DNA of 63,061 nt, filler included, from Globobulimina sp. (GCA_003354225.1; 21 parts of 21 records of this genome joined end to end with filler, not necessarily neighbours in it), one strand, 5' to 3'. Shown: positions 1 to 13,004, counted from the whole stretch's first letter. Made by a program: numbers and translations. The notes: generated from the letters alone by a model not told the origin.

Positions 1-220
1 CTATATTAATGCTAAATTATGTATTAATATAAAATAAAAGCATTAATATGATGCATTAACATAGCATTAATAGCATGCTGTTTTTTTAGCATTAACATAT
101 GTTCATCTTTTATGTTAATGCTATGAAAATAGCATTTTCAATATAGATTTTTGCATTATCATAGCATTAACATAGCATTAACACAAGAAAATAGCATTAA
201 TATAGCATTAATACGAATGA
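1..220. repeat. AT-rich degenerate repeat built from ATAGCATTAA units (dispersed family, second copy at 24409-24455)
   Basis: Many AGCATTAA/TTAATGCT units in both orientations; about 172-216 is nearly identical to 24409-24455 on another contig. Confidence 0.7.
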
Positions 221-323
221 ATCTATATATACCTCTGGAAAAAATAAATACTTATTTGGCACAAGACACGCTTCAAAATGCAAGAGAAAGATAATTCATT
301 ATTTATGTACATTTTTACTTATG

Positions 324-2147
324 TCATTGTAGAATATATTTGTTATAATTATTATTATTCTCACGTTTAGCAATTGCCCATCCACAAAGTGTAGCCCATG
401 CAGCGAATAAACAGCCACAAGCAACGCCAATCCATTCTAATCTTTTTGCCCAATGAGTTGTGGCAATAACTTGGTTTGAAAATGCTTTTGCTTGTTTTTC
501 CGGTAATTCTGTACATTCTGACATTTCAATCATTGGTACAACCAAATCATCAGCAATCCAATGCAATGATTTATTCCCCCATAACGCTCTGTTTTTAGCT
601 GAACGATCAAAATAAATTTGACTCTCCGTAAATGGCACTGACCGATTAATATCGATCGAATAATTGAATGGTAGCGAATGAATCACCGTATTTAACTGCA
701 ATGACTTATTTGCTTTATATATGCCTCCAGTCCTTGGCTCAATGTCAACATACGGCAACCAGTCCCATGGCGGGTTCTCAACCAATCCCATTTTCGTATT
801 ATTTACTATGAAATCATCAGCCCCTAAAAACTCAGGAAACGATACAAATATTGGTAACTTCATACATGATGTTAAATTTTGCACTCCTGACGTACCAAAT
901 AAATTAAATTGCTTATTCGGTGGCCACATTGAAGCATTGGCATATTGCGGCAACATTTGCACCGTATATCGATATAATTCAATGTCATGCTTCCAGTTGT
1001 AACTATAATTATAATTCAAAGCAATGTTTTTGTACAATGTGTTGACAAAAATCGACTGTTGGTCATGTTTCCGAACATTGCCAACTCCAAAAAATGTATC
1101 CTTGGCTGGCCATATTTGCATTGGCGTATCATAGCAGTCAATCCATCCCTTTTCCTTTCCGCCGTAAAGTAATACCTCTGCCATTCGGTGCGGCGCGTTA
1201 TGTCCGGTGTGAGCTACCTCATACGTCGAATTATCAGGACTTCCGGGCGCTGTTCCGTTGTCTAACAGTCCTTTATTCAGATTTATTGCCAATAGATGAT
1301 TACCTAGCACAGTGATGTTAATTTGTGAAATATTAAACAATATTTCCTCCGCTGTGCCCTCCCAGAACAATAGATTTGGATCAACGTTGTTTAGCAATTT
1401 ACTCAATTCGTGAGCACCATATTTCCGTAATGCCGAACCATTTTTGGGCCATAACCACTCGTAATATAATGCGCCAATAATGGGGGAGACGATAACAACG
1501 TGCGTTTTAGGACCGATTTGTTCTCGGTACATCTGTTTTTGTCTTAATTAGTATCAGAAAATAGTGCGTATATTGTACATTTTGCGTCAGTGTGTACATA
1601 GTACATACGTTACGGTATAATATTTCCAGGTTTTATATTCAACCCATTCCGAGTTTTCCGACAAATTATTGAAGCTAAAGTTTACAGCATATTTTAAATA
1701 CATCTCATCATAGATTAAGGGTGGCGTTAAATGTAATTTTGGAAATGTCCAATTTGCGTCAGGATCAGTGGGAGGATTTAAGATTTCATCTTTATTTGTT
1801 ACATTAAAAAATCTACATTCCACCCAAATTGGAACTGCATCGTCGCCGTAGACATTGGTAAGCCAGGTTAGATAGTGTGAGTCATCCGGTTTTGCTGATG
1901 TAAATATTAATGCGTCTTCTATACCACTTGAAACTGCACTCCTTAATAAAGCAGGTAAAAATGTGGCTTGTACGGCAAAAAGAAATAAAAATGTTCCACA
2001 AACGCACCACATACAGCGAAAACATTTTGGATATTTACCACAATATTGGTCATGATCACTTTTCACAGATTCTAATGCAGAAACTTGTCCATTTGCCAAT
2101 AAATCTGGTTCATTATTCAATTTGTCGTTGAAAGTTGCCCCTGACAT
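324..2147 (-). CDS. CD36 / scavenger receptor class B (LIMP-2-like) protein, 2 exons (intron about 1533-1610)
   Basis: N- and C-terminal TM helices, FFNVTN, PIFVSFPEFLGAD, YVDIEPRTG and SLQLN motifs; GT..AG intron between the two ORFs (exact splice sites ambiguous). Confidence 0.88.
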
Positions 2148-2426
2148 TGTCTTTATGCAGGTTGTTGCTTGCAAATAATGATTTTTTAAGAAAACTCAAA
2201 ATGCCTATCTCCTGACTCTGTCCATGACTACTAATATTTTATTAGTAGTCATATATATTATCTCTAAGTTCTTTTCAACGATGTTATGAATAATTTATTA
2301 AATTTAAGTATTTAACAAAAAAACAAAGCTAGAAATAAATAATATTATAAAATGTTTTTTTTTAATGTCTAACCGCAGACACGACTCAATTATTTAATTT
2401 AATTTGTCTTGAACTGCGCGTAAAGT

Positions 2427-2909
2427 TTATAATTTACTTCGTTTTGGAACATGATGCATTAACATATCCATATAATTTCTGCATTGACTCCAAATTAAAA
2501 ATTTATTAATAACATTTTCTTTACCCGCAATGGCTAATTTCTTCATTTGGGTTTGGCCATTTTCAATCATTAAATTAATTGCATGCGCCACTGATTTATA
2601 ATCCGTAGGATCATAAATCATAATTCCATTCTGTTTATGAAAAACCTGCGTTTTTATACCACCAACATTCGACGCAATCGTCGGTGTCCCTTTATACATT
2701 GCCTCAGTTACAGTTAACCCGAATCCCTCCATTAAACTATTCTGGATCACAATGGATGATAATCTCTGCAACGCATTGATAACAAAGGCATTCTGATCCG
2801 TGTCATCCATAGGAATCGACATAATATAAATTTGATCTTGAATGCTTTTATATTTCTGGCCTAATGACTGATAAAACGCGCATAAATCAGCAAAGACTTT
2901 GACGACTTC
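2427..2909 (-). CDS. GT4 glycosyltransferase, TreT / trehalose phosphorylase-like, C-terminal part (5' end cut by contig edge)
   Basis: NALQRLSSIVIQNSLMEGFGLTVTEAMYKG..IASNVGGIKTQ matches the TreT-type NALQR...S.REGFGLTVTEA.WKG motif; frame is open to the contig edge. Confidence 0.8.
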   Translation of the reverse strand, partial: EVVKVFADLCAFYQSLGQKYKSIQDQIYIMSIPMDDTDQNAFVINALQRLSSIVIQNSLMEGFGLTVTEAMYKGTPTIASNVGGIKTQVFHKQNGIMIYDPTDYKSVAHAINLMIENGQTQMKKLAIAGKENVINKFLIWSQCRNYMDMLMHHVPKRSKL

Positions 2910-2910
2910 C

Positions 2911-3010
2911 NNNNNNNNNNNNNNNNNNNNNNNNNNNNNNNNNNNNNNNNNNNNTTAATTAATTAANNNNNNNNNNNNNNNNNNNNNNNNNNNNNNNNNN
3001 NNNNNNNNNN
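2911..3010. other. Artificial contig spacer N44-TTAATTAATTAA-N44 (first of 20, about every 3 kb up to 60057-60156)
   Basis: Identical 100-nt linker with stops in all six frames; contig lengths fall steadily from 2910 to 2905. Confidence 0.99.
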
Positions 3011-3039
3011 TACTAGTTGACACTTTACTCAATTCTGTC

Positions 3040-5229
3040 ATGTCGTCGCACAAAGAAGAAGAACTGTTGAAAAAGATACAATTATTACACAATAATATAC
3101 ATTTTAAAAAGGTATATTTTCATATGTTAAACAAATTTAAAAATGCATTTTTGTGCTATTGAGGATGGCTATATGGCAATGTCTATAAATAAACTACCAA
3201 TTCTAAGAGGTAGTTTATTTGTGGACACTGCCATGTGATAATGTTGTTGTTACACTGCGCAATTAATTGTAATCAATTTTAATTATGCAGTGTATATATA
3301 TTCCATTAGCGTTAATTAATATCGGATTTATTCCTCGTATTAATTCAATGACCAATTACTTTACTAATAGCTCAAAAATACATTTTTAAACTTTGTAACT
3401 CACTAATTATCATTTTGTATTGTGTCATTTGTGTGCAATTTACCAACTCACTAATATATATATATAACAAAACAAACAAAAAGAATCAATTAAATATAAC
3501 GATTCAACATATTGAGCAGAATTGTACCGATATGCATCAACATTATAGAAATATGTGCAGTGCGTTGCATACTTCCTGGAAATATAAATGTGATCAATTA
3601 CAAAAAGATAACGATAAAATCAAACAACATTTAAAAACATTAATCTCTGCACAAAGCAAACCAACAAACCGAAAAACGTCCGATGCGCAAACAAAGGAAA
3701 CATCGCAAACATACTCAGAACATATCCAACATGTTATTAACCCGCAAAATCCACCAAATAAAAACAGTAATAACAAACAACAAAACGAAGACAAACCTGA
3801 TATTATAACTAAAAAAAAGAAAAAGAAAAAAAAGAAATCTAAAAAACAGAAACCTGAGAAAAAAGAAAATATGGACGATTTACGTACAACGTTGACTGAT
3901 ATATCTAAAGTATTCAAATTGTTTGAAGATAAAATCGGAAAGAAACCAAGCAATTTTATGCAATTTTTTAACTTTATAAAACAAGAAAATCTTAACCATA
4001 AATATGCGACAGTCAAAAAATGGTGGGAGCAGAACCCAGATAATCAGACCAATGACACACCGAAAGTTTTAACAAACAAAATAAATAAATCAGAAATAAA
4101 AAAGCCGCCACCAATCAAAAGAACGAGGAGTAAACGTAAAAACTGTGAATTGTTATTATTTAATCGTAACAGATTCGTAAAAAAATTAAAAAACGAAATA
4201 AAAATATACAAATTAATATTGGCTAATTATAGAGATGCGATCTTTAATGAAAACAATACGAAATTTATTAGTAAATTGACATCAAAATATGCATTGTTTT
4301 TGAATAAATTGGTACGATTAAAGGATGAGAAGAGCGTTAATATTTACTTGGAAGCCAATGGTAAGTCATTGCATTGTGATGTGGCGTTATTGTGGCGGAT
4401 ACATTTAATTAATCCGTTTTTATATAACAAACATTGTAACACGTTATTTGGTTTTGTATTGTGTCCAAAATACGAATATATCAATTTCAGTCAAGAAAAT
4501 ACTAAATCTACGAAACGTAAACACAAACACAAAAAGAAGCCGTTGTTAATTAAAAAAATATTAAATGGCATCAATTTTGACAATCAGATCAAATCATACT
4601 TACTTTTTATGGATAAAATATTAAAATTATATGAAAATGATATTATTACCAAAGATATTATAAAAGATTATGAGAAATATATTCAATTTCTTGAGAAAAC
4701 TGTTTTTGTTAACTCGGATCATGAGGAATATATTGAAAAATACAATGACTGTGCCAGGTTTGAACGAATTTTGAGTCTATCTCAGTTTGTGCCAGGTTTG
4801 AACGAATCATTTTTATGGTATACACATATATTATTTCCAAACATATTTTTAAATGAAATTGATCATAAAATGAGAAATCAATTTGAAATTTATCAATATA
4901 AATTTATGGATTTGAATCATATTATAATTCAAAATAAAGATAAAACAAAGGAGATCTGGGATAAAATGAAAGATAAAAATATTGCAATTGACGATAAACA
5001 TCAGATTTTGGCAACATTGTATAGCCAGCACCATAATGAATTGTTAATATATGGATTTGTTGATGGTATTATCAAAGATGTTAATGATGGAGAAGTTGAA
5101 TATATTGTTCCAGTGGTTGTTGTAGATAAAATTATTATATTTTATGAGGATAATGCTTCAATGTTTGCAGAATCCAATCAATATCGTTTTCGAATGAATA
5201 GGATAAGTCGATGGAGGCAGTGTTTCTAA
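3040..5229 (+). CDS. GRDP-like (DUF1399-type) protein with coiled-coil and Lys-rich N-terminus; exons 3040-3111 and 3484-5229
   Basis: DVALLWRIHLINPFLYNKHC..LFG and a second FLWYTHILFP motif resemble the paired GRDP W.xH.L.P motifs; ATG exon splices in frame (AAG|GTATAT..AAAG|AAT). Confidence 0.6.
3171..3236. repeat. Intronic imperfect hairpin with ~26-bp arms; second hairpin at 3251-3294
   Basis: atggcaatgtctataaataaactacc / ggtagtttatttgtggacactgccat. Confidence 0.8.
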
Positions 5230-6020
5230 AAATTGTATAAAATGACATAAAAATGATTGTTAACGTTTATTGTAAAATATACTCATAAAAATGAAACGAC
5301 CATGCACGTGGAAACGACATGCGGTTTTTTACCGTGGACCACTATCCTATACTAAATTAGCTCATGCAATAGTTGTGTCCACAGTGCTTTGTTTTGGGAT
5401 TAATCGACGCTGTTTGGGATATATACATGCAGTATTCATCCAAAAAATATAATATAGTTCTAGGGATTTTGTTAACATATTCTTATTCAATGAATTATGT
5501 ACATTTGTGAAGATCAAAATAATTTATGGGTGCAAAAATCCCTAATGAGACGTTGGTTTCTGTAAATACACGTGCTGCCGGTAAATATCAGTAGTTCCTA
5601 TTCGATTCTTAACATTTTTATTCCTTCAGGTTGTTCGGAGTTCAGAATTTTTTAAGTGTTTTGAACATAATAAACACGGCACTGCATGGTCGCATGGAGT
5701 TTTAATTACACATTAGATATTAACTCATAAATACTGTGAAACAACATGATTATGAAAGTATTATTACTGTACAAATGGACGACGACATTGAACACAAATG
5801 CGATTCGTGTATTTCGTTTCTAGAAAAAGATTCATTGCACGGTTGGCTATACGGCGATGATAATGATTGCAAATCGAATCAAAAAGTGATTAAAAAGAAA
5901 ATAAAATATAAGATTAACTTNNNNNNNNNNNNNNNNNNNNNNNNNNNNNNNNNNNNNNNNNNNNTTAATTAATTAANNNNNNNNNNNNNNNNNNNNNNNN
6001 NNNNNNNNNNNNNNNNNNNN

Positions 6021-7883
6021 AAAGAGAATGGATTGTCTTTGTTGCCATCACATTTGTAAAAATGCTACTAATTCCAACATACCATAGCACAGATTTTGAA
6101 GTGCATCGAAATTGGTTAGCAATCACACATTCATTACCTTTGGATGAATGGTATATCGATGAAACATCCGTATGGACATTAGATTATCCCCCACTCTTTG
6201 CATGGTTTGAAAGCTTTTTAGCTTATTTTGCCGCTTTTATTGATCCCCAAATGGTTGTATTAACAAATCTAAATTATGCATCGTTTGAAACTATTTTGTT
6301 TCAAAGATGTACTGTTATCATATCTGATTTGCTGTTACTTTATGCAATAAGAAGGTACATTTACTACATTACGTTACGAAATGATGTGCGCATTTTAGTT
6401 GAATTTCCGATGCATTAATTTAACTAAAATGTGCATAGTCAGCTGAGAGCTCAATATTTTAAAATGAATCGTGTCTTCAGATATACATACACGTGGCCAG
6501 CGGATAGAGACTTTGGTAGATTCATGTTTGAATCATGGAGTCAACGGAAGATGGTCGCAATATTAATATTAACTTTTTTAAATGCTGGATTATTATTTGT
6601 TGACCATATCCACTTCCAATACAATGGTATGTTAATTGCAATTTATTTGCTATCCATAGCATCAATTCGCGATCGTGAACCTCGTGGCGCTGCATTCTAT
6701 TATGCAATCTTATTAAATATGAAACATATTTTCATTTATGTAGCTCCCTTATATTTTATCTATTTACTATCCTCATATGTTTTTGCGGAGAAACTCGGCC
6801 AATCATTTTGGTCCTGGGAAGAGTTTACAATCTCTTATCGTAACAAAAGATATATATTGCGGTGGACCCATTTATTCTCGCTGGCATTTGTTGTGTTAAC
6901 ACCTTTCATTGTGGCATTTGGCCCATTCATTGCGTTCGGACAAATTATAAATTTATTCAACAGGTTATTCCCTTTTGGTAGAGGTCTTACGCACGCTTAT
7001 TGGGCACCGAATGTGTGGGCATTGTATAATTTTGTTGATATCATATTAACGAAATTCAAATCTGCAAAATCCAGTCAAGGTGAAGTAGTATATAACTATA
7101 TGTTGATTAGCTGCCTCAGCGCAGCATTCTGCTGGATTGATTTATGAATTTTGCCTAAAATGCTTCCAATGATGCAATTTTATGCAAAATTATTCTAGCA
7201 AGTTAGTCAACATATTGTTGTATGTATGCATGTATGCAGTGACTCGAGGGTTGGTTGGCGAGTATGTGACATCAACATTGCCAGCCGTGTCACCAATGCA
7301 TTGTTTTGTGTTGACATTATGTTTTATGTTACCGGTACTATATAATGTGTGGAAGAGACCAAATCGCAAAACATTTTTGCCAGCTTCGTTATATGTAATG
7401 ATGTGTTCATTTATGACCGGCTATCATGTGCATGAAAAGGCGATATTAATGATAACTGTGCCTCTTTGTTTAATTAGTTTGGATTCAACGACACACGCAC
7501 AGTTTTCATTTATTTTTAATATCATTGCGAATTGTTCACTGTTGCCGTTATTACCCAATATGCAAGAAACACCAATCAAAATTGTGTTGTTGCTCATTCA
7601 TTCGCTGGTTTTATATCTTGTTTTGAATACTGAATTGAAAGTATATCAAAATGCAAATAATATTATTGAATTGGGATTGAATATAAGTAAAATGCAATGG
7701 TTGTATGTATCGGGATTTATATTTATTCAATTATTTTACAGTATAATTCAACCATTGTTTTTACCCAAATGGCAATTTCTACCATTGATGTTGTTCAGTG
7801 TTTACGGTGCATTTGGATGTTTATATTGTTGGTGGAAATGTTATACTCTCTTCTTTGAGACAATGAACATTATACGTAACTAA
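6021..7883 (+). CDS. ALG8: Dolichyl-PP-Glc1Man9GlcNAc2 alpha-1,3-glucosyltransferase; introns 6355-6480 and 7080-7239; 5' partial
   Basis: [61 protein letters not shown]; both GT-AG introns restore the frame. Confidence 0.95.
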
Positions 7884-8214
7884 CCACAGAGTTTTTTGAG
7901 CTTATAAAAAAGTTTTCTCTTTGCAAGTTCGCATGTACAAATATAAACATTTGTTAAGTACCAAGATGCAAATGGTGATGTATATATATTTACTATTTAG
8001 CGCTAGCTTCATAAACTTGATGCAATCAAAGCTGTTGCGACCCGTTGTTGCTTACTGGAACAAGGCACTCCAATGAGGACAAAATGGGAATGTACTGACT
8101 ATTTTTTTATAGATGTACATGTATGGACAGTTATTAGTTATCGTTATGGAATATTTACCACATTCATAATTTTTATAGTCATACGTCATTTAATATTAAA
8201 AAATTAATGCGAAT

Positions 8215-8538
8215 ATGGCAAAATATGAGAATGATAAAATTGCAGAAAGATTGCGATCGATAGAATCAAGTCAAAAAAAAGAGAATATGTACATCCCGCC
8301 ACAATTCAGAGTGAAAGATCCAATCTCAAATCAAGTGTTGAAAGATCACCCAATGTTTATCCCAACGTCAAGAGATTACGGATTAAAGGCAGTCACAAAA
8401 GAAACGCAAGTGATTAGATTTCCAAAATCAAATAAATTCTCATCGGGATTAATTGGTAAAACATACGCAAATAACAGTTTAAACACTAACTTAGATCAAC
8501 AAACAGTTACAGAGCCAAATGCTTCCTTATCATTCTAA
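8215..8538 (+). CDS. Pierce1/Pierce2 (FAP182-like) ciliary microtubule inner protein
   Basis: HPMFIPTSRDYG...FPKSNKFS..L....Y.NNSLNT fits the family pattern; 107 aa. Confidence 0.75.
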   Translation: MAKYENDKIAERLRSIESSQKKENMYIPPQFRVKDPISNQVLKDHPMFIPTSRDYGLKAVTKETQVIRFPKSNKFSSGLIGKTYANNSLNTNLDQQTVTEPNASLSF

Positions 8539-8778
8539 TACATATACAAATACTGTAATAATTTAAAAAAAATCTACAAATACAATAATATAGTTTTATC
8601 TCACCATGACAATGGATCTTACATTTTTTACTATTTTATCAACACAATTTAATTTTGAATTGTGTTTTATTTCCAATAAAATGTTCGCTTCCTCGCTGTA
8701 TCGTTTCTCTTATTGTTTTTTTTTTGCATTGCTTTAGTTTATAGAATTTTCGTTGTATCCTTGCACTCAGAAAAAAGC

Positions 8779-8930
8779 ATGTCACAGTCAAGTGCTAATC
8801 AACAAGCAGTCGATGAAAGCCATATCATCAAACAAGGATTGCTCCAAAAAAAAAGTTAAATAGTAATTATATATTATCAAATTGATTCGTATTTGACATA
8901 TGATCTGTAGGCAGATATATTGGTTCATGG
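8779..8930 (+). CDS. N-terminus of a PH-domain protein (intron 8855-8910), 3' truncated
   Basis: Spliced translation MSQSSANQQAVDESHIIKQGLLQKKSRYIGSW gives PH strands beta1-beta2. Confidence 0.65.
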
Positions 8931-9031
8931 NNNNNNNNNNNNNNNNNNNNNNNNNNNNNNNNNNNNNNNNNNNNTTAATTAATTAANNNNNNNNNNNNNN
9001 NNNNNNNNNNNNNNNNNNNNNNNNNNNNNNA

Positions 9032-9549
9032 AAATCTGGCACACCATTACAATATGGAATTAGCTCAGAGTCACGGTCCAGTACATCAGCAATAACCATA
9101 TCGGTCAGTCCACCGCCACCGCCACCTATTCGAAATATTGCAGGTATATAGCTGATTGTCTTCAAAATGTATACAGTTATAATTTTGTATTTGACCAAAA
9201 TACAGAGAGAAAACATGATTCCAATGAGACTGAACAGACTGCAGCTGATAATAAAGAGATTTATAAGGAATTGGAGAGAATGAAAGGACTCCATTTGGAT
9301 TGTATGAAATTAAATGAATTGGTCGAATTAGAACAGGTATTATTTAATTCATTGCAACGTGTTCGAAATAAAATGAATGAGAAACAAAAAAGTTATCAAC
9401 TGTGCATAATATGTTTTACAAATAATAAGAATATGTTGTTGCGACCATGCAATCATTTGTCAATTTGTGCAAAGTGTTCAAAGAGAGCTGGGAATCAATG
9501 TCCTTTGTGTAAAGCCGATATTACTGATAGGATAATAGTGTTTAATTAA
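9032..9549 (+). CDS. RING (C3HC4) protein with a K-box-like coiled coil; intron 9144-9205; 5' partial
   Basis: CIICFTNNKNMLLRPCNHLSICAKC...CPLC; upstream exon splices in frame. Confidence 0.85.
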
Positions 9550-10148
9550 TGAGTGTATACAACACGCAATCAACGATCAACAATGAATGATGTACTTACA
9601 AATATGAGAGATAAATTTAGGCATTTAATTTCATAAATTCTCCATGTTCCGAAACTTTCCCTAAATCCTTCGTCTGGTAACGTGCACAAGAATATTGGAT
9701 GGAAATTGCGTACGAAAAGAAATGTAATTATAATAAAGAAATCTTTAATTTAAAGAAAAAAATGACGTGTAACCGTGTTGCTTGATGATGGCCAATATAA
9801 ATTACAAAATGTTTAAATAAATTCATAAAAATGGTTCATATTTCCCTTTGTTTTTGATGAAGATGTTATATAAATTCATATAAACGACATGGACTGCTGT
9901 TTTATTTCATGCGTTCTTTCGAATGTTTGTACTTGAATCATGATCAATAATACGAAGTCAATGTTTCTAGATCTGTTGTCGTTCGAATGTTTTCGAATTT
10001 CGGCTCTAATTTCTCGTTGTTTACTTGTTGAAAATATATTAAAAAACACAGTCCACTAAACACAAAAATGCAACAGCTATACAAACATGTTTGCACGGCC
10101 AGAACATCGGAAGTTTATACATTATGTGTCTTGTACATATACAATATT

Positions 10149-10529
10149 TTATAATTTCGATTGTAATTTTTTATTTAATTTATATGTTTTAATAGCATTT
10201 TTATGAATCATTTTATCAATATCTGGTTCAGTATACCCCAATTCCTGTAATATTTGAATATATAGATCCCAATACATATCATACTCTCCGTGTGGTTTAT
10301 CCACAGGAAAATTACTTGCAAACAAACAACGATCAACACCAAATGATGAAATAATTGTTTTTATAATATACGTCATTGTCTCTTTATTGAATTTTAAATC
10401 CGCAATACACCATCCACTCAATTTAATATATACATTTTTACATTGTCCTATTAATTTTATACCATTCTGCCAAATTACTAAATCATTTAAATGTTCAACC
10501 AATGGATAAGCACAATGATTTATTACCAT
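10149..10529 (-). CDS. Amidohydrolase family 2 (lactonase-like), last exon only
   Basis: VINHC, NVYIKLSG, FGVDRCLFASNFPVD, NAIKTY; preceded by a TTTTTCAG acceptor; upstream exon not found. Confidence 0.85.
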   Translation of the reverse strand: MVINHCAYPLVEHLNDLVIWQNGIKLIGQCKNVYIKLSGWCIADLKFNKETMTYIIKTIISSFGVDRCLFASNFPVDKPHGEYDMYWDLYIQILQELGYTEPDIDKMIHKNAIKTYKLNKKLQSKL

Positions 10530-11072
10530 TCTGAAAAAGTGAGATGATGTTATTCACACTGCTTCCATTACAATTCCATGATTCGTTTGCTTACTTTCTG
10601 GCTCATTTATGGAATTGTAATGAAATCATTCATCTCATATTTGTTTGTAATTAAAATCTCCGTCTATTTGTATGCATAAAACGAAAAGTTTTGATTCTGT
10701 GCAGCTAAAATATTAATAAATAGTGGCTGCATTACCGTCTCTTCAATTTGAATGCTCAAACATTTCGCAATCTGGCGTATTGGTTGAGATCTCGAAGAAA
10801 GGCTCCAGATTTGACTGTCCTATATTTTTTTATTGGAACGATAGAAATTTCATTTTATTATTAGATATTATCAAGATATGCCTCAAGAAGCAGAGATCAA
10901 CAATTATATATATCATTCAATAACATACATTTAAAATCAAGAGTAAATTTAATGTCCAGTCGGAAAAGAATTTAATTGACTTGAGAATGTTTTTGGAATT
11001 TTTGAAGAATTTAATGTTTTTTTTAAGAATTTAAGCTAACTTTTTTAACTACAAATTTCGTCATTTATCTCT

Positions 11073-11744
11073 ATGGCGATCCCTATGGCGAAAGCCAAAA
11101 CTAAAAGTCACACCAAACCAACCGGTCATTGCTCCAAATCAATTAGTCGCTGCAAGAAATGCGCCAAATACCTCTGCGCTGAATGCCATATGGTCGATGA
11201 CAAGCATTATTTAAAGAAGAAACCAGAATATAAATCAAACACAAGCAAGCCGTGCACATATAAAGGGAAACAATCATCGTATCCCAAACATAATAAACAA
11301 TATCACGGTTCAAAAAACAAGCATAAGGTTGGCTGGGTATTAACTATTAACAAAAACCCATCGTTTTTTAATAAATATAAACACAAAGCGCCTCCCGGGC
11401 CAATTGCACTACCAACAACAACAAACGAAGAAGAAAAAGATGAAGACATTGATTTATCGGATATTATACACCCGGACCATACACCCGGTTCCAATGCAGT
11501 CAATTCAAATATGGATAATAGACGACGCGGAACGAAACGAAAGCGTTCAGAATTTGAAACAAATTCAAATTTACGTGTTGTTAAACCAAAAATAACACAC
11601 ACAAATACCAATAACTTACACACATTGCAATCCCGCCAATCCGCAATCGCAAATACCAATAACTTACACACATTGCAATCAGCTTACAGTAAAATTCAAT
11701 CATTTAATACGTATTCCAAAGGGCACCTTTTTTGCGGAACATAA
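11073..11744 (+). CDS. Hypothetical protein with N-terminal Cys/His cluster and an internal 30-bp duplication; possibly a decayed RING downstream
   Basis: CSKSISRCKKCAKYLCAECH; NTNNLHTLQS twice; GHLFCGT* followed by KCPM in another frame. Confidence 0.45.
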   Translation: MAIPMAKAKTKSHTKPTGHCSKSISRCKKCAKYLCAECHMVDDKHYLKKKPEYKSNTSKPCTYKGKQSSYPKHNKQYHGSKNKHKVGWVLTINKNPSFFNKYKHKAPPGPIALPTTTNEEEKDEDIDLSDIIHPDHTPGSNAVNSNMDNRRRGTKRKRSEFETNSNLRVVKPKITHTNTNNLHTLQSRQSAIANTNNLHTLQSAYSKIQSFNTYSKGHLFCGT

Positions 11745-12039
11745 GTGTGGAGCTTTTGTGGTTGTGAAACAGATTTGCGGCAGTCTAAAAACTTTTCCGC
11801 AAAACTGTCTGCATGGTAACATTAAATGCCCAATGTCGAGCATGAAGCAAACATCGGTTCCGCTATTTGGTACAGTTGAACCACCACGGTCCAACACAGT
11901 GTTATCCTCACCAACGCAAAAGCAACTGGGTCACCACGTNNNNNNNNNNNNNNNNNNNNNNNNNNNNNNNNNNNNNNNNNNNNTTAATTAATTAANNNNN
12001 NNNNNNNNNNNNNNNNNNNNNNNNNNNNNNNNNNNNNNN

Positions 12040-13004
12040 ATCCGAGCTTCAATCCAACGTCAGATCCGACTTCAGATCCAACAAACGAGCCAACACAACC
12101 CAGTACACAACCAACTTCAGATCCATCTCGTGCTCCCACTGTAACTCCAACCGATGCACCATCCATGACGCCAACACCACGGCCAATCTTAGATGTTATA
12201 CCGACTCCAAAACCGACAAATATGCAGCACACAGCAACTACAGCGGCTGTTACAGTCGCAGAAACACGAAATAATGCAACAAAAAATACTGATGACACAT
12301 TCGGATTATTATGGACCGTCATTGGAGTGGCCTTGTTATTGGTGGTGGTCTGTTTGATTATAATGATTGCTGTCTTGTGTGGTGTGGTTCGATCGAATAA
12401 GAAAAGGAAACGCACCATGCCGATGATGCCGGTATATGCCAATGAAGGGGGCGCACAAATGACATTTCCTGCGAGTGCCAGTTTGAGCTCTCATCCAATG
12501 ACACCAGTGGGTATTCCTCAAACTGTTCCCATTTTATCAGGCGCCATGTATCATAGTGCCAATTTAGTAAATCTGCAGCTGCAGCGTATTGTGTCCATGT
12601 CATCGGACGCGGGAATAGCGATTACCCCGATGACGTTGCGGGAATTTCCTATGAGTTTTAATACTGTCACGGCAACGTGCACGGCAACGACGCAACAGAA
12701 TGATAATTTGGAGATATATGATGATCCATTGGAATTCGAAGCAGATAATGATGAGGATAATGCATTGTATGGTAAAGGGGATATTACCACAGGCGGTGGT
12801 GATGGCAATGTGGTTAATGTTGCAGGAAATGATAATGATGAATAGTTTAAGTTTTATATTATTATATTGTATGCATGTGGTGTGTTTATATTTTTTTACT
12901 GTATATTTAGTGAGTATTATGAAGAGGAGGAAGAAGAGAGCGATGATGGCGCTGAGATGTATTCACCGAATTTAAGGAGTGTAACTCAAGGACGTGGACA
13001 TTAA
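12040..13004 (+). CDS. Type I membrane protein with PT/PS-repeat stalk and acidic Tyr-containing tail; intron 12845-12910; 5' partial
   Basis: PSFNPTSDPTSDPTNEPT repeats, one TM helix followed by KKRKR, in-frame last exon EYYEEEEEESDD...GH*. Confidence 0.75.
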
